A DNA stretch of 30,771 nt from an uncultured Candidatus Saccharibacteria bacterium (GTDB taxonomy: Bacteria > Patescibacteriota > Saccharimonadia > Saccharimonadales > UBA4665): positions 1 to 30,771 of the forward strand of contig CAYTIU010000001.1 in the NCBI GenBank assembly GCA_964438085.1. The letters run 5' to 3'. A program made the translations under genes and the position numbers. The notes under the pieces were generated by a model that did not search any database, was not told the DNA's origin, and was given only the letters and a program-made list of their open reading frames with translations. Below, piece by piece: positions 28,118 to 30,771 of this stretch. Each line of letters starts with the position of its first letter. Positions within the stretch are counted from its first letter, which is position 1.

Positions 28118-28990
28118 TTATTTTATTGCCTCCGTACCGCCAGATATTTCAGCTAATTCTTGCGTAATTGCTGCCTGGCGCGCCGTATTAAACTCTAACG
28201 TTAAATCCTCTACAATATCGGTTGCGTTATCGGTTGCGTTCTTCATAGCTAGCATGCGCATTGAGTGCTCACTAGCAGCCGTTTCAAGCAGTATTTGATA
28301 GAGCTGGGCTTCCAGTAGCCGTAAGGTTGCTGCGTCTAAAAGCTCTTCAACAGAAGGTTCTATCTCAGCGCTGGCAATGTCGGCAGACACTTCTTCGGTC
28401 TCAAAGCCTGCAGGCAAAAGCGGCTGCACTTTAACTTCTTGACGGATAGTTGATATAAATTGGGTGTAAATAATATCAACTGCATCTATTTTTTTCTCAA
28501 CAAACAACTCAACGACTGTATTGAGCAGGGGGCGCAATTCATTCGCAGTTGGCTTGTCAGGAAAATCTTGGTATACCGCTATAACATCTTGTTTTGCTAA
28601 GCGGGTCGCTGCATTAGCAGCTTGACGCCCAACTGCAATTAAAGAGGTTTTTACGTGCTTTTTATCGTCTTCGAGCAACTCCCGTACCGTTTGGCGAGTA
28701 ATATTTGAGTTATAGGCACCAGCAAGCGTTTTATCGCTGGCTATCATGATGATTGCCCGATTTTTAATTGGCCGCTCTTCAAACAAAGCGCCTCCTTGTG
28801 CAGCTGTCGTGCCAAGGCTTTTGAGATGTGTTAGTATCTCGCGGGCGAGCCGTGCATACTCACGAGGACCCTCAGCAGCTTCTTGCGCCCGGCGCAGTTT
28901 ACTCGCAGCGACCATCTGCATGGCACGTGTAATCTGCTTCGTATTCTTAACCGAAGTAATCCGTCGTTTAATTTGCTGCCGAGATGCCAT
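28118..28990 (-). CDS. atpG: ATP synthase F1 gamma
   Basis: SVKNTKQITRAMQMVAASKL and SEHSMRMLAMKNATDNA...RQAAITQE. Confidence 0.98.
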   Translation of the reverse strand: MASRQQIKRRITSVKNTKQITRAMQMVAASKLRRAQEAAEGPREYARLAREILTHLKSLGTTAAQGGALFEERPIKNRAIIMIASDKTLAGAYNSNITRQTVRELLEDDKKHVKTSLIAVGRQAANAATRLAKQDVIAVYQDFPDKPTANELRPLLNTVVELFVEKKIDAVDIIYTQFISTIRQEVKVQPLLPAGFETEEVSADIASAEIEPSVEELLDAATLRLLEAQLYQILLETAASEHSMRMLAMKNATDNATDIVEDLTLEFNTARQAAITQELAEISGGTEAIK

Positions 28991-28995
28991 ATATA

Positions 28996-30525
28996 CTAAT
29001 CCTTAAATCCTTTAGCAATTTTTTTAGCAGCTTCAGTAATTGTTTTGACAATTTCGTCAGTCGGCTTATCGCCCTTGTTCAACGTTTTAACTACGTCTTT
29101 ATGGTCATTCTCAATGACTGCCAAAATCTGCTCTTGCGCATCTTTAATAGCCCCAATAGATACCTCATCAAGTGCGCCATGAGTCGCAGCAAGCAAGGTA
29201 ACAACCTGTTCAGCAATACTCATTGGCTGATATTGTTTCTGCTTAAGCAGCTCTGTTAAGCGCTGGCCGCGATCAATCGTCTTCTTAGTTTCAGGATCAA
29301 GATCACTGCCAAACTGAGCAAAGCTTGCAAGCTCACGGAACTGCGCTAATTCAAGGCGCAGGCTTCCGGCAACGCTCTTAACAGCTTTTGTCTGTGCGCT
29401 ACCACCCACACGTGATACTGAAAGTCCAACCGAAATTGCCGGGCGCACGCCCTGATAGAACAAGTTTGTTTCAAGGAAAATCTGGCCGTCAGTAATAGAA
29501 ATTACGTTGGTTGGAATGTATGCTGAAATATCACCAGCCTGCGTTTCGATAATTGGCAGGGCAGTTAGTGAACCACCGCCAAGCGTATCGTTAAGTTTCG
29601 CTGCACGCTCCAATAAACGAGAATGAAGGTAGAAGACATCGCCTGGATACGCCTCTCGTCCTGGCGGGCGGCGAAGCAAGAGCGACATCTGGCGGTAAGC
29701 AACCGCGTGTTTAGAGAGATCATCAAAGATGATAAGCGCATGCTCGCCATTATCGCGGAAATATTCGCCCATCGCTGTACCAGCATACGGTGCGAGGTAG
29801 AGCAGTGGAGCCGGATCTGCGGGACTGGTAGCGATCACAATAGTCTGATCCATCACGCCTTCGCGTTTTAGGCGCTCTACAAGTGCAGCAACCTTTGATA
29901 GTTTCTGCCCAACTGCAACATATACGTTAATCACGCCTGTCTTTTGCTTGGCTTGGTTGATCATAGTGTCAATTGCAATTGCAGTTTTACCTGTTTGGCG
30001 GTCGCCAATAATAAGCTCACGCTGGCCGCGACCAATTGGCACCATAGTATCGATTGCCATAATACCGGTCATGAGTGGCTCATGGACGCTCTTGCGATCC
30101 ATCACACCTGGAGCAGAACGCTCAATAAGACCATTCTGTTTGGTTTTAATAGAACCCTTGCCATCAAGCGGGCGCCCGAGCGGGTCGACTACGCGCCCAA
30201 CGAGTTCTGGACCAACCGGAACAGATAATACTTCACCTGTAAGCGTTACTTGCGCGCCTGCGGTTACCTCAGCATCATCGCCTAAAATTACTGCGCCAAT
30301 TTCGTCTTCAAGTAGGTTCAATGCAAACGCATCAACCTTGCCTCCATCAAGCGTGTCGATTTGTACCACGCTATTATAGCCAGCTTCACGTAAACCATAA
30401 ATCCACGCCACGCCATCACCGACACGGGTTACAATACCGCTTTTTTCTAAGCCTTCGCGATGTTCAAGCTTACTGATCGCATCGCGTAATTCTTGGGAAA
30501 GTTCTTTAATTGCTAATTCTGCCAC
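28996..30525 (-). CDS. atpA: ATP synthase F1 alpha
   Basis: [28 protein letters not shown] and SVSRVG. Confidence 0.99.
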   Translation of the reverse strand: MAELAIKELSQELRDAISKLEHREGLEKSGIVTRVGDGVAWIYGLREAGYNSVVQIDTLDGGKVDAFALNLLEDEIGAVILGDDAEVTAGAQVTLTGEVLSVPVGPELVGRVVDPLGRPLDGKGSIKTKQNGLIERSAPGVMDRKSVHEPLMTGIMAIDTMVPIGRGQRELIIGDRQTGKTAIAIDTMINQAKQKTGVINVYVAVGQKLSKVAALVERLKREGVMDQTIVIATSPADPAPLLYLAPYAGTAMGEYFRDNGEHALIIFDDLSKHAVAYRQMSLLLRRPPGREAYPGDVFYLHSRLLERAAKLNDTLGGGSLTALPIIETQAGDISAYIPTNVISITDGQIFLETNLFYQGVRPAISVGLSVSRVGGSAQTKAVKSVAGSLRLELAQFRELASFAQFGSDLDPETKKTIDRGQRLTELLKQKQYQPMSIAEQVVTLLAATHGALDEVSIGAIKDAQEQILAVIENDHKDVVKTLNKGDKPTDEIVKTITEAAKKIAKGFKD

Positions 30526-30537
30526 GTATAACTCCTC

Positions 30538-30771
30538 TTATAATTTTGTCGTCGCTACCAACTGCTTTAATTTACTCCGTACCGAACTGTCGAATGTATT
30601 GCTCGGGGTATATACAACCACACCACCAATCATATCTTCATCAATAGTTTCACTCGTGATAATAACTGACGAAGCTTGCTCAGCTCGCTTGATAAAATCA
30701 ACTAACTGCGACCGCGTGTGGTCATCTGCCGGGCGGGCAGTCGTCATGTGTGTTGATACAACGCCGTATTT
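30538..30771 (-). CDS. atpH: ATP synthase delta, C-terminal part (runs off window edge)
   Basis: Frame open to 30771 (KYGVVSTHMTTARP...); IDEDMIGGVVV...FDSSVRSKLKQL is the typical delta C-terminus, directly upstream of atpA. Confidence 0.85.
   Translation of the reverse strand, partial: KYGVVSTHMTTARPADDHTRSQLVDFIKRAEQASSVIITSETIDEDMIGGVVVYTPSNTFDSSVRSKLKQLVATTKL

Overview
Gene-dense chromosomal segment, roughly mid-40s % GC by eye (not computed). TGA acts as a stop, so the code is the standard bacterial code 11. The gene complement (UvrD-PD-(D/E)xK fusion, SLT, LCP, RBBP9/YdeN hydrolase, compact aquaporin, few Shine-Dalgarno sites) suggests a Patescibacteria/CPR organism, most likely Saccharibacteria; this is an inference, as no marker gene is present. 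The right half is an energy cluster: a complete cytochrome bo3 quinol oxidase operon (cyoABCDE), a divergent pair encoding a FAD-linked 2-hydroxyacid-dehydrogenase-like protein and NDH-2, and the distal F1Fo ATP synthase operon (atpH partial, atpA, atpG, a 64-aa orphan ORF, atpD, atpC) followed by an atypical aquaporin. Mn-type SOD and a fused trehalose-6-P synthase/phosphatase lie nearby. The left part holds a truncated ATP-grasp gene, a DUF2061-like gene with an apparent non-canonical start, and a plastid/Chlamydia-type acyltransferase-like gene. It also holds a SAM-I riboswitch missed by the ORF track, with a full terminator/antiterminator platform, upstream of a Cys/Met PLP enzyme, and a two-gene islet (HEPN-like ORF plus orphan) at the 3' end of tRNA-Gln. 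Many genes have a -10 box, usually TGn-extended, only 6-12 nt before the start codon, suggesting leaderless or near-leaderless mRNAs. No CRISPR array, rRNA, integrase or transposase was seen.
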